DNA of 64,000 bases from contig JAPPHY010000007.1 of NCBI GenBank assembly GCA_028877205.1, positions 166,280 through 230,279 of the forward strand, written 5' to 3'. The stretch comes from Chloroflexota bacterium (lineage in GTDB: Bacteria; Chloroflexota; Dehalococcoidia; Lucifugimonadales; UBA2985). Of this stretch, positions 55,184 through 64,000 are shown piece after piece (positions within the stretch are counted from its first letter, which is position 1; each line of letters begins with the position of its first letter). The notes under the pieces are model-generated. The model did no database searches. It was not told the origin of the DNA and saw only the letters and a program-made list of their open reading frames with translations. The translations under genes were made by a program, and so were the position numbers.

Positions 55184-55921
55184 ATGAAGGCGAAGGAGCA
55201 GATAAACCCGGACGTGAGCGAAGAGTTTTCGCACGTGCCGGTGCATGTTGCCATCATCATGGACGGCAACGGGCGATGGGCGGAGCAGCGTAGCCTTCCC
55301 AGGCTGGCCGGCCACCAGGCAGGCCGCGAGAACATCCGGCGCGTGATCGAGGAGGCGGCGAGGATCGGAGTCAAGCACCTGACGATCTACGCCTTCTCCA
55401 CGGAGAACTGGGACCGGCCTGTAGAGGAGGTGAACGGCCTCATGGGCATCCTGGGAGAGGCGGTGGAGACCGAGACCTCCGCGCTCCACAAGCAGGGCGT
55501 CAGGCTGTGTCACCTCGGCACTCTCGATCGGCTCCCTCCGGAGCTTCGGAAAGCCGTGTGCCGCGCCGTGGAGCTGACCAAGAACAACGACCGCATCACC
55601 CTCAACGTGGCCTTCAACTACGGCGGCCGGGCCGAGATACTTGGGGCGGTGCGCCGGATAGTCGAGGAAGGAGTGGCGCCCAAGGACATCGACGAGGTCA
55701 CCTTCAGCAGCTACCTCAACACGGCGGGCATGCCGGAGCCGGACTTGATCATTCGTACCGGAGGCGAGATGCGCCTGAGCAACTTCCTGCTGTGGCAGTC
55801 GGCGTACAGCGAGTACTACAGCACAGAGGCGTACTGGCCGGACTTCGACCAGGAGGAACTGCACTTGGCGCTCAAGGCCTACGGCCGCCGCCGGCGTCGC
55901 TTCGGCAGGGTCGAGGCCTGA
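55184..55921 (+). CDS. uppS: Isoprenyl transferase (undecaprenyl diphosphate synthase)
   Basis: HVAIIMDGNGRWA, YAFSTENW, NYGGR, RTGGEMRLSNFLLWQ. Confidence 0.96.
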   Translation: MKAKEQINPDVSEEFSHVPVHVAIIMDGNGRWAEQRSLPRLAGHQAGRENIRRVIEEAARIGVKHLTIYAFSTENWDRPVEEVNGLMGILGEAVETETSALHKQGVRLCHLGTLDRLPPELRKAVCRAVELTKNNDRITLNVAFNYGGRAEILGAVRRIVEEGVAPKDIDEVTFSSYLNTAGMPEPDLIIRTGGEMRLSNFLLWQSAYSEYYSTEAYWPDFDQEELHLALKAYGRRRRRFGRVEA

Positions 55922-56051
55922 TGCCCCAGACCGGCGGCCCGCGCAAGGTGCCGGAGCACTCGACAGACCTTGCCCGAGCCCGCTACCGGCGCACGGTGAC
56001 CACAGATCCATCGTTGCCCATCCCCTAAGGGTGCTACCAATCGTCTGACCA

Positions 56052-56894
56052 ATGGCTTCTCGGCTGGCAAGCGCCTTCGTTGGCGTACCCATCGTCATCG
56101 CCGCCCTCTGGGCCGGCGCGCCCTGGCTCTCTATGCTGGCCGCCGTGCTCGCGTCCCTTGGAGCGGTGGAGTTCTACCGCATGGCGGAGCAGCGAGGCGC
56201 GCGGCCGGCCACGGTGCTGGGCGTCGCCTGGGCGCTGGTGTTCGTGGTCAGCGGCCACAGCGAAGACTACGTGGAATACCAGACTACGCTGGTTGCCGTG
56301 GGCGGAGGTGCCCTGACTCTCGCGTGGCACCTGGCGCGGCGTTTCGTTCCGGGTCGGGCGAAAGATGACATCGACGAAGCTCCGGACAGTCTTGGCGATA
56401 CGATAGCCGACTGGGGCAATACGGCCGCGGGCGCGATCTACACGGGTTGGACGCTCTCGTTGTTCCTGCGCCTCCGCGCAGGAGAGGACGGCTTGGAGTG
56501 GGTGCTGCTGGCTGTCCTTGCCACGTTCGCCACGGACACGGGAGCGTTCCTGGTTGGCCGTGCGATAGGCCGCCGGCGCATGGCGCCCCGTATCAGCCCC
56601 GGCAAGACGTGGGAGGGCGCGATTGGCGGATGGGTCGCGGGAGTTGGCGCCGTTGTCGGATTGGCTGCGCTGCTGGACATGCCACTGACGCAGCCGGAGG
56701 CCATTGTTCTAGGCGCGCTGATCGGTGTTGCGGCGCAGGTGGGAGACCTGGTTGAGTCCATTCTCAAGCGAGCCGCCGGCGTAAAGGACTCCGGCACGCT
56801 GATACCGGGCCACGGCGGCGTGCTGGACCGGCTGGACAGCGTTGTCTTCGCAGTCGTGGTCGTGTACCATTTCAGTGTATGGACAGTGGGGTGA
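56052..56894 (+). CDS. cdsA: Phosphatidate cytidylyltransferase
   Basis: ISPGKTWEG, GDLVESILKR..VKDSG..IPGHGGVLDRLDS. Confidence 0.95.
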   Translation: MASRLASAFVGVPIVIAALWAGAPWLSMLAAVLASLGAVEFYRMAEQRGARPATVLGVAWALVFVVSGHSEDYVEYQTTLVAVGGGALTLAWHLARRFVPGRAKDDIDEAPDSLGDTIADWGNTAAGAIYTGWTLSLFLRLRAGEDGLEWVLLAVLATFATDTGAFLVGRAIGRRRMAPRISPGKTWEGAIGGWVAGVGAVVGLAALLDMPLTQPEAIVLGALIGVAAQVGDLVESILKRAAGVKDSGTLIPGHGGVLDRLDSVVFAVVVVYHFSVWTVG

Positions 56895-58024
56895 AGGGCC
56901 TTGCAATCCTCGGTTCAACGGGGTCGATAGGCAGACAGACCCTGGACGTTGTGCGCGCCTTTCCGGACCGCTTCTCGGTCGTGGCGCTCTCTGCGGGGAG
57001 CAACCTGGACCTGCTCGCGGAGCAGGCGCGCGAGTTCGGCGCCCGCGTGGCGTCGAGCGAGGCCCCGGCCGGTGAGCTCGCGGCGCTCCTGCCGCAGGGA
57101 TGCGCAGTGGCGACCCACGAGGAAGTTGCTTCGCATCCGGACGTGGACATGGTAATGGCGGCCAGCGTGGGCCGCGCCGGCCTCGGCCCCATCCTGGCGG
57201 CCATTCGTGCGGGCAAGACGCTGGCGCTTGCCAACAAGGAGCCAGTGGTGATGGCCGGCGAGATCGTGATGGGCGCGGCCAGGGATGCGGGCGTGGACGT
57301 GCTGCCGGTCGACAGCGAGCCGAGCGCGATCTGGCAGTGCCTGCGCGGCGAGGACAGGGCCATCTCGCGCGTGATCATTACCGCTTCCGGCGGCGCGTTC
57401 CGCAATCGAGCGCCGGAGGAGCTGGCGTCCGTGACACCGGCGGAGGCGCTGCGCCACCCCACGTGGACGATGGGGCGCAAGATCACTATCGACTCCGCGA
57501 CGCTGATGAACAAGGGGTTCGAGGTCATCGAGTCACGCTGGCTCTTCGACCTGACATGGGAGCAGATCGACGTCGTCGTGCACCACCAGAGCATCATTCA
57601 CGCGATGGTGGAGTACGCGGACGGCTCCACGAAGGCGCAGCTCAGCCCGCCGGATATGCGGATTCCCATCCAGCACGCACTGCTCTACCCGGAGCGCATG
57701 GAGAACGATGCCCTGCCCAGGTTTGAGCCCGCCGAGACGGGCGCGCTCACCTTCGAGCCGCTGGACGAGGCCAGGTACCCGTGCTTCCGGCTGGCGTTGG
57801 AGGCGGGTCGCAAGGGGATGACCTACCCCGCAGTACTCAGCGCCGCCGACGAGGTCGCAGTCGAGATGTTCCTGGGCGGCGCGATCGGCTTTACCGACAT
57901 TCCCGCGGCCGTGGAGTGGACGCTGTCCAGGCACGAGCCGGCGGCGACTCCTGTCCTGGAAGACATACTGGAGGCTGACGAGTGGGCTCGCCGGACCGCG
58001 CGTTCGTGGCCCGGCCGGGCGTGA
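56879..58024 (+). CDS. dxr: 1-deoxy-D-xylulose 5-phosphate reductoisomerase
   Basis: LGSTGSIG, LANKE, LPVDSE, TASGG, HPTWTMGRKITIDSATLMNKG. Confidence 0.96.
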   Translation: MDSGVKGLAILGSTGSIGRQTLDVVRAFPDRFSVVALSAGSNLDLLAEQAREFGARVASSEAPAGELAALLPQGCAVATHEEVASHPDVDMVMAASVGRAGLGPILAAIRAGKTLALANKEPVVMAGEIVMGAARDAGVDVLPVDSEPSAIWQCLRGEDRAISRVIITASGGAFRNRAPEELASVTPAEALRHPTWTMGRKITIDSATLMNKGFEVIESRWLFDLTWEQIDVVVHHQSIIHAMVEYADGSTKAQLSPPDMRIPIQHALLYPERMENDALPRFEPAETGALTFEPLDEARYPCFRLALEAGRKGMTYPAVLSAADEVAVEMFLGGAIGFTDIPAAVEWTLSRHEPAATPVLEDILEADEWARRTARSWPGRA

Positions 58025-58043
58025 CACTGGAGGGAGGAGTGGC

Positions 58044-59162
58044 ATGCTGGGCGGACTGATGGTGGTTGTGGCGTTCGTGGTGATTCTCATGGCCCACGAG
58101 GGTGGGCACCTGGTCACTGCCAAGCTCCTGAACATGAAGGCCACCAAGTACTTCCTGGGATTCGGCCCTACGCTCTGGTCGTTCCAGCGGGGCGAGACGG
58201 AGTACGGCGTCAAGGCCATACCCGCGGGCGGCTACGTGCGCATCGTTGGCATGAACGCGCTGGACGTGGTGGAGCCGCACGAGGAGGCCCGCGCCTACAG
58301 GAATAAGCCCTTCTGGCAGAAGTCGGTCGTGGTGATGGGCGGAATCGCTACGCACTTCGTGATCGCTTTCGTGCTGCTGTGGGTCGTGAACGTGGTCATC
58401 GGCGAGCCGGACACGTCGCGCCCGCTTCTGGAGGTGGCGCGCGTCATACCTGAGACGGAAGAGGGGTCGCCATCGGCTGCGGCACTCGCAGGTATGCTGC
58501 CCGGCGACCGCGTAGTGGCGGTGAACGGCCGTCCAGTGGACCGGTGGAGCGACCTGTCCGCGATCCTCAGGAGCAATCCCAACCAGCGAGTCGAGCTGGA
58601 CGTGCTTCGCGACGGCACGCTGGTCCGGCTGAGCGCAACGCTCTCGTCGCGCGCCGATGCCGAGACGGGCGAGCGGGTGGGTTTCCTGGGCGTGTCGCCG
58701 AGGGTTGAACGGGAACGCGACAACCCCATCCTGGGCGTGGGCAAGGCGGCGGGTGACGTTGCGCTCTACACACGGCTGAGCGTGCAGGGCATCTGGCTGT
58801 TTGCCACCAACCTGGGCACGCTGGCGAACGCGGTGGTCAGCGATGACGAGTCGCTGGACAGGGTGCGGCCGGTGAGCGTCATCGGCATCACGCAGTTCGG
58901 GGCCGCCAGTTCCCAGGCGGGGATCAACGTAACGCTGGAGCTCATCGCATACATCGCCATCTTCGTGGGCGTGCTGAACGCCATACCGCTGTTCCCGTTC
59001 GACGGGGGGCACTTCGTCGTGGCGCTCTATGAGAAGGTCACGGGCCGGCCGCCTGACATGCGCAAGGTGGTGCCGGTAGGAGCGGCAGTGTTCGCACTGG
59101 TCGTGATGATCGGCATTCTCGGCGTCTACCTGGACATAGCGAGGCCGCTGGACCTGGGGTGA
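58044..59162 (+). CDS. rseP: RIP metalloprotease RseP (M50, PDZ)
   Basis: HEGGH, PDZ domain, NAIPLFPFDGGH; canonical position after dxr. Confidence 0.9.
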   Translation: MLGGLMVVVAFVVILMAHEGGHLVTAKLLNMKATKYFLGFGPTLWSFQRGETEYGVKAIPAGGYVRIVGMNALDVVEPHEEARAYRNKPFWQKSVVVMGGIATHFVIAFVLLWVVNVVIGEPDTSRPLLEVARVIPETEEGSPSAAALAGMLPGDRVVAVNGRPVDRWSDLSAILRSNPNQRVELDVLRDGTLVRLSATLSSRADAETGERVGFLGVSPRVERERDNPILGVGKAAGDVALYTRLSVQGIWLFATNLGTLANAVVSDDESLDRVRPVSVIGITQFGAASSQAGINVTLELIAYIAIFVGVLNAIPLFPFDGGHFVVALYEKVTGRPPDMRKVVPVGAAVFALVVMIGILGVYLDIARPLDLG

Positions 59163-59236
59163 GGCGGTCTCATTTGACCATCCTCGCCCCTGTAGGATAA
59201 GCTACAGGCATAAGCAGAGCGAAAAGGCGGAAGACC

Positions 59237-60376
59237 ATGACAACCAGACGTGTTTCCAAGGCCATCCAGGTAGGCGACGTCACCGTGGGGGGCAACGCCC
59301 CGATCACCGTCCAGTCCATGACCAAGACTGACACCCGCGACGTGAAGGCCACGGTGCGCCAGATCAGGGAGCTTGAAGACGTGGGCTGCGACATCATCCG
59401 GCCTGCGGTCCCGGACATGGAGGCGGCGCAGGCGCTCCGCGAGATCAAGAGGCGGGTCAGGATTCCCGTCATCGCGGACATCCACTTCCACTACCAGCTC
59501 GCGCTTCAGGCGATCGAGTCGGGCGTGGACGGGCTGCGGCTCAACCCGGGCAACATCCGCGACCGGGAGAAGGTGGAGATGGTGGTGCGCGCGGCCAAGG
59601 AGCGCCAGATACCGATTCGTATAGGCGTGAACTTCGGCAGCCTGCCGCCCGTCGGACAGATAGGCAAGTTCGGTGGGCTGCACCGCCACGCCGACGGCGT
59701 GAACAAGCTGGCCAAGGTGGGCGAGGCTGAGGAGGGAGAGTTCAGCGTGGTTGACCACATGGTTGCCACGGCCCTGTGGGAGATAAGCGTCCTGGAAGAC
59801 CTGGACTTCGACCTCATCAAGATCTCGTTGAAGGCGTTCGACGTGCCGACGACCGTCGAGGCATACCGGAGGCTGGCGTACATGGTGCCCTACCCGCTGC
59901 ACCTGGGCATCACGGAGGCGGGCACGGCGATGGCCGGGTCAATCCGTAGCGCAGTCGGCCTGGGTTACCTGCTGTACGAGGGCATCGGCGATACGATCCG
60001 CGTGTCGCTGAGCGCAGACTCGAAGGAGGAGATCGCGGCCGGCTACGAGATCCTGAAGTCGCTGAACCTGCGCGAGAAGGGCACGACGCTTGTGGCGTGT
60101 CCCTCGTGTGGCCGCGCGGACGTGGACGTCATCAAGCTGGCGAACACGGTCGACGAACTGCTGAAGACGAAGAACTATAACGTGAAGGTGGCCGTGATGG
60201 GCTGCGAGGTCAACGGCCCCGGCGAGGCAAAGGATTCGGACGTGGGCATTGCCGCGGGTGTAGGGCGCGCGGTGATCTTCCGCAAGGGTGTCAAGTCCCG
60301 GGTGGTGGAGGAGTCGGACATGCTGACGGCGCTGATGGAGGAGGTGGAGCTGGTGGCTGCGGAGCAGGGCGCGTAG
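59237..60376 (+). CDS. ispG: 4-hydroxy-3-methylbut-2-en-1-yl diphosphate synthase
   Basis: VQSMT, ADIHF, RLNPGN, HLGITEAG, CPSCGR, AVMGC.VNGPGE. Confidence 0.96.
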   Translation: MTTRRVSKAIQVGDVTVGGNAPITVQSMTKTDTRDVKATVRQIRELEDVGCDIIRPAVPDMEAAQALREIKRRVRIPVIADIHFHYQLALQAIESGVDGLRLNPGNIRDREKVEMVVRAAKERQIPIRIGVNFGSLPPVGQIGKFGGLHRHADGVNKLAKVGEAEEGEFSVVDHMVATALWEISVLEDLDFDLIKISLKAFDVPTTVEAYRRLAYMVPYPLHLGITEAGTAMAGSIRSAVGLGYLLYEGIGDTIRVSLSADSKEEIAAGYEILKSLNLREKGTTLVACPSCGRADVDVIKLANTVDELLKTKNYNVKVAVMGCEVNGPGEAKDSDVGIAAGVGRAVIFRKGVKSRVVEESDMLTALMEEVELVAAEQGA

Positions 60377-60395
60377 GCGACGGCCATTCGCGCGA

Positions 60396-60432
60396 CCCGC
60401 TCACCCAGAGCTTGTCGAAGGGTGTGAGCGGG
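60396..60432 (+). repeat. REP-like palindrome (empty copy)
   Basis: CCCGCTCACCCAGAGCTTGTCGAAGGGTGTGAGCGGG. Confidence 0.75.
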
Positions 60433-60469
60433 AATGAGAGCGGTGGCGTCGCAAGAGAGTGACCTCTCG

Positions 60470-61120
60470 ATGTTGAATCGATACTTCCGTGCTTTGCTGG
60501 CCGCGCTGCCGCTCGTGCTGCTCGTGGCGGCGTGCACAACGGAGCCCACGCCAACCCCAACCGTGACGCCCGCGCCGACGTCGACCGCGACTCCCGCGCC
60601 AACGCTGCAACAGTACGACTCGCCCCCGCCACTGACGATCGACCCGGACAAGAGCTACACGGCAACGCTGGCGCTGGAGAAGGGTGGAGAGATCGTCATC
60701 GAGCTGTTCGCCAAGGAGGCGCCGGTGACGGTCAACAACTTCATCTTCCTGGCACGTGAAGGCTACTACGACGGGGTGACCTTCCACCGCGTCATACCGG
60801 GATTCATGGCGCAGGGCGGCGACCCGACGGGCACGGGCCGGGGCGGCCCCGGATACACGATACCGGACGAGTTTAGCCCACTGAGACGCCACGACGGCCC
60901 CGGCGTGCTGTCGATGGCAAACATCGGCCGTCCCGACACGGGCGGCGGCCAGTGGTTCATCACCTTCGCAGCCACGCCGCACCTGGACGATGCGCACACG
61001 GTGTTCGGCCAGGTGATCGAAGGCATGGACGTGGTGAACGGCATATCGCCACGCGACCCCACAATGGCAACCACGCCGGGCGACGCGATTGCTTCCATCA
61101 CCATTCAGGAGGGCGGATAA
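60470..61120 (+). CDS. Cyclophilin-type peptidyl-prolyl isomerase lipoprotein
   Basis: LVAAC lipobox, PT linker, [25 protein letters not shown]. Confidence 0.93.
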   Translation: MLNRYFRALLAALPLVLLVAACTTEPTPTPTVTPAPTSTATPAPTLQQYDSPPPLTIDPDKSYTATLALEKGGEIVIELFAKEAPVTVNNFIFLAREGYYDGVTFHRVIPGFMAQGGDPTGTGRGGPGYTIPDEFSPLRRHDGPGVLSMANIGRPDTGGGQWFITFAATPHLDDAHTVFGQVIEGMDVVNGISPRDPTMATTPGDAIASITIQEGG

Positions 61121-61135
61121 CCCGCCACTAGGAAA

Positions 61136-61253
61136 CCCACTCACGCCCTTCGACAAGCTCAGAGCCTGCTCCGCACTTGATGCGGGGGTGAGCGGGCATG
61201 GGGTGGTGGCAGCCCCGCTCATGGTGAGCCTGTCGAACCATTTGAGCGGGGCT
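61136..61253. repeat. Two REP-like palindromes, the first with a nested insertion
   Basis: CCCTTCGACAAGCTCAG[AGCCTGCTCCGCACTTGATGCGGG]GGTGAGCGGG and AGCCCCGCTCATGGTGAGCCTGTCGAACCATTTGAGCGGGGCT. Confidence 0.8.
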
Positions 61254-61324
61254 ATATTGTATACTGGGCGGGCAGCTCAGCCCCAGGAGTGAACGATGAC
61301 CCCGGACCTCAGGAGGTAAGCAAC

Positions 61325-62254
61325 ATGAGCAACTTCGAGAAGATGCAGGCCCGCATCGCGGTGGGCGAGACGATCCTGATGGACGGCGGCATGGGCTCGG
61401 AGTTCGAGCGGCGGGGGCTGGCGAGCCCCACCGTGTGGTCGGGCGGCCCGATGCTCACGAATCCGGAGCTGGTCAGGGAGATCCACGAGGAGTACATCAA
61501 GGCGGGAGCGGAGATCATCATCACCAACACCTTCGCCACGGGGCGAGACTCGCTGGAACGCGGCGACCTCGGGCACAAAGTCGCTGAGGCCAACCGGCTG
61601 GGCATCGAGGCGGCGGTGCAGGCGAGGCGCAACGCCGGCAAGGAAGACTCGGTGGTCATCGCGGCCTCCGTTGCTACCATGACCCCCAAGGAGCACGCTG
61701 AAACGCCGGTGCCATACGAGAAGGCGCTGGATACATACCGGGAGCAGTTCGCGGAAATGGCAAAGGGCGGCCCGGACGTGGCGGTCGGCGAGATGCTGAT
61801 CCGTATATCGGACACGCTGGCGTCCATAGACGCGGCTGCGGAGCTGGGCCTGCCGGCGTGGGTCGGTCTTTCGGTGCTTCGCGATGGCGACGAGCTTTAC
61901 CTGGGCATCCGCGGCAGGCATGGAGACGGCGGACACGCCGGCGAGACGCTTCAGGACGCGCTGGACGCCATCAAGGACAGGGACGTCGCGGCGGTGTTCG
62001 TGATGCACACGCCGGTGGATATCACGGCGCCGGGGCTGGAGGTAGTGAAGAGGAACTGGTCAGGTACCTTCGGCGCCTACGCCCACTTCCCGCGCGCCAG
62101 CGGCCCGGACCCGCGGGCAAACGTGCTCGATCCGCAGCAGTACCTGGAGTACGCGAAGGGGTGGCGCGAGCAGGGCGCGCGGATAATTGGCGGCTGCTGC
62201 GGCACGAGACCCGACCACATCCTTGCGCTGAGGGAGTGGCTGCGCGGCGTGTAG
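61325..62254 (+). CDS. Homocysteine S-methyltransferase family protein
   Basis: LMDGGMGSE, H..YIKAGAEIIITNTF, IIGGCCG. Confidence 0.88.
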   Translation: MSNFEKMQARIAVGETILMDGGMGSEFERRGLASPTVWSGGPMLTNPELVREIHEEYIKAGAEIIITNTFATGRDSLERGDLGHKVAEANRLGIEAAVQARRNAGKEDSVVIAASVATMTPKEHAETPVPYEKALDTYREQFAEMAKGGPDVAVGEMLIRISDTLASIDAAAELGLPAWVGLSVLRDGDELYLGIRGRHGDGGHAGETLQDALDAIKDRDVAAVFVMHTPVDITAPGLEVVKRNWSGTFGAYAHFPRASGPDPRANVLDPQQYLEYAKGWREQGARIIGGCCGTRPDHILALREWLRGV

Positions 62255-62378
62255 CGCGGGATGCCCTAAGGGGAGTGAGTTTCGCCGAGTGGTCTTGCTC
62301 GGCTAACCAGCTCTTCGTCAGGCCAACTCCGTGGGAGGGATGGTCGTAGAACCATATTGGGTCTGGAGGACTTTGAGC

Positions 62379-62879
62379 ATGCCGGACAAACTCGCCTTGC
62401 TTGTGTACGAGTCTTGGAAGAGTCTCGACGACTCACTGAAGGGACTTACGCCTGAAGAAGCAACGTCGCGTCACTTCGGAGGGAGCAGCATTGCTTGGAC
62501 AGTAGGTCATGTTTCTACAATGGTGGACTCTTGGATCAACGTTAACTTTCAGAACTTGCCACCTCACCCGTTCATGTCCCAGTTCCTGCCGGGAAGCAGA
62601 GGAAAGTGCGAGGACTGGGAGGGAGTTCTCGGCGCAGCAAGCGAGGTCAGAAGCAGGGCGAGCTCGTTTTTGGATACTAATCCCTCCATCGACCAAGTCA
62701 TCCCATATGGAGGATCAATAGTATTCCTGCGAGAAACCGGCCTGAGGCTGAGTTATGCACTACTCCGCATTGCATATCATCACCTAATTCATGTAGGAGA
62801 GATTCTAACCATCCGCTCTCGCCTTGGACACAATGTCGATAAGCTACAAGACGCGGAATGGGGAAGACCCCTAGTGTGA
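62379..62879 (+). CDS. DinB family protein
   Basis: SIAWTVGH..YHHLIHVGEI metal-binding His pattern; lower GC. Confidence 0.75.
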   Translation: MPDKLALLVYESWKSLDDSLKGLTPEEATSRHFGGSSIAWTVGHVSTMVDSWINVNFQNLPPHPFMSQFLPGSRGKCEDWEGVLGAASEVRSRASSFLDTNPSIDQVIPYGGSIVFLRETGLRLSYALLRIAYHHLIHVGEILTIRSRLGHNVDKLQDAEWGRPLV

Positions 62880-62923
62880 TTCAACAGCCGGGCCTAGAAG
62901 TGGGCCGACTTGGGAGAGGTACG

Positions 62924-64000
62924 ATGAGGTCGTTGCAAAAGCTGAGTTTTCTATTTGTCTCGATGGCCATACTGACCGTGGCGGCGCTGGCCTGCGGAGG
63001 GGACGAGGAGGTGTTCAGGATCGGGGTGATGGAGTCGCTGACCGGCTCCGGTGAGACCTACGGCACAGTCGCCAACCAGGCCAAGCAGATGGCCGCGGAC
63101 GAGATCAACGCGGCCGGCGGCGTTAACGGCCGCAGACTGGAACTGGTAGTTGAAGACTCTCGCTGCAACGCCAGTGACGCGATAATTGCCTACAACAAGC
63201 TGACCGACGTCGAAGGCGTGAAGATTATACTGGGGACCTCGTGCAGCGCCGCGATGCTTGGCGTCGCTCCGCACGCGGAGGCCGATGGCGTGATCCTGTT
63301 CTCCGGTCTCGCCAGCAACCCGGACATCGCCAATGCCGGCGACTACATCTTCCGCACCCAGATCAGCGACTTGGAGGTCGGCATCACCACAGGCAACATC
63401 CTGTGGGCCGACGGCGTCCGCATACTCGCGACCATTACCGAGAGTACCGACTACGCCGAGGGCGTCCGCCGCACCTCGGTCGCTCAATTCGAGACGCGTG
63501 GTGGAGCAGTTGTAGCCGGGGAGCATTTTGGGTCGGAGGTGACGGACTTCAGGAGCCAGCTGTCGAAGCTCTTCGCTGAGGACCCGGACGCGCTGCACAT
63601 AGCCCCCCAGTCCGAGTTTGCGGCCGGGACCATCGTCAAGCAGGCTCGGGAGCTAGGATTCGAAGGCCCTATCTATGCTGAGACCGTTTCCGTGGGAACA
63701 ACCGCCCTGGAAATAGCGGGTGCGGCCGCGGACGGCATGAAGGCCATCACGGCCGACCTCGACCCGGATAACGAGAAGGGACAGGAGGTCCTGGCGAATT
63801 TCCGGGAGCGGTATGAATATGTGACGCTGCCGTGGCACCTGGGGTCGGCATACGACGACGTATACATCGCCGCCGAGTGCCTCAAGATAACCAACGACGA
63901 CCAGGACGCGGACGGCTTCCGCGACTGTATGTATGCTATCACCTGGAGCGGCGCCATCGGAGACAACTACAGCTTCGACTCCGACGGCGAAGTCGTTGGG
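62924..64000 (+). CDS. Branched-chain amino acid-type ABC transporter substrate-binding lipoprotein (runs off the window)
   Basis: Manual translation MRSLQKLSFLFVSMAILTVAALACGGDEEVFRIGVMESLTGSGETYG..INAAGGVNGR..EDSRC; GGAGAGG RBS. Confidence 0.88.
   Translation, partial: MRSLQKLSFLFVSMAILTVAALACGGDEEVFRIGVMESLTGSGETYGTVANQAKQMAADEINAAGGVNGRRLELVVEDSRCNASDAIIAYNKLTDVEGVKIILGTSCSAAMLGVAPHAEADGVILFSGLASNPDIANAGDYIFRTQISDLEVGITTGNILWADGVRILATITESTDYAEGVRRTSVAQFETRGGAVVAGEHFGSEVTDFRSQLSKLFAEDPDALHIAPQSEFAAGTIVKQARELGFEGPIYAETVSVGTTALEIAGAAADGMKAITADLDPDNEKGQEVLANFRERYEYVTLPWHLGSAYDDVYIAAECLKITNDDQDADGFRDCMYAITWSGAIGDNYSFDSDGEVVG

Noticed and set aside
1-64000. Many long overlapping or antisense ORFs in the track (e.g. 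2510-3478, 6536-7942, 36316-37701, 40692-42167, 49597-50817)
   Set aside because: Shadow frames of clear housekeeping genes, expected in high-GC DNA; Arg/Pro/Ala-rich with no motifs.

Overview
High-GC bacterial chromosome segment that very probably spans the replication origin. Gene content and order (dnaA-obg-nadD, 11-subunit complex I without NuoEFG, F420:NADP oxidoreductase, Pro/Thr-linker lipoproteins) suggest Chloroflexota, Dehalococcoidia/SAR202-like; this is inference, not a database result. Most of the window is housekeeping: sufBC, guaB-like, fmt, dnaA/oriC, obg-nadD-pyrE, pyrD, lysA, holB, greA-lysS-serS, purF-purM-purH, nuoABCDHIJKLMN, miaB-nadA-nadC, rpsB-tsf-frr-uppS-cdsA-dxr-rseP-ispG and two tRNAs (Ala-CGC, Ser-GCT). 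The main accessory block lies downstream of tRNA-Ala (about 4.0-9.6 kb). It carries an AbiJ-NTD3-type defence gene ending in an SSB-like acidic tail, a eukaryote-like sterol 24-C-methyltransferase, and an unannotated 55-aa membrane peptide behind twin long hairpins. Other notable items: nested palindromic intergenic repeats, a DnaA with an altered recognition helix beside a DnaA-trio origin, a GreA missing a catalytic Asp behind a leader terminator, a repeat-rich lipoprotein metallopeptidase, a decayed hicBA-like module, and a TLEDWTD voltage-gated channel in the slot normally held by pyrH. No CRISPR array, rRNA, integrase or transposase was seen. All family calls come from motif recognition by eye.
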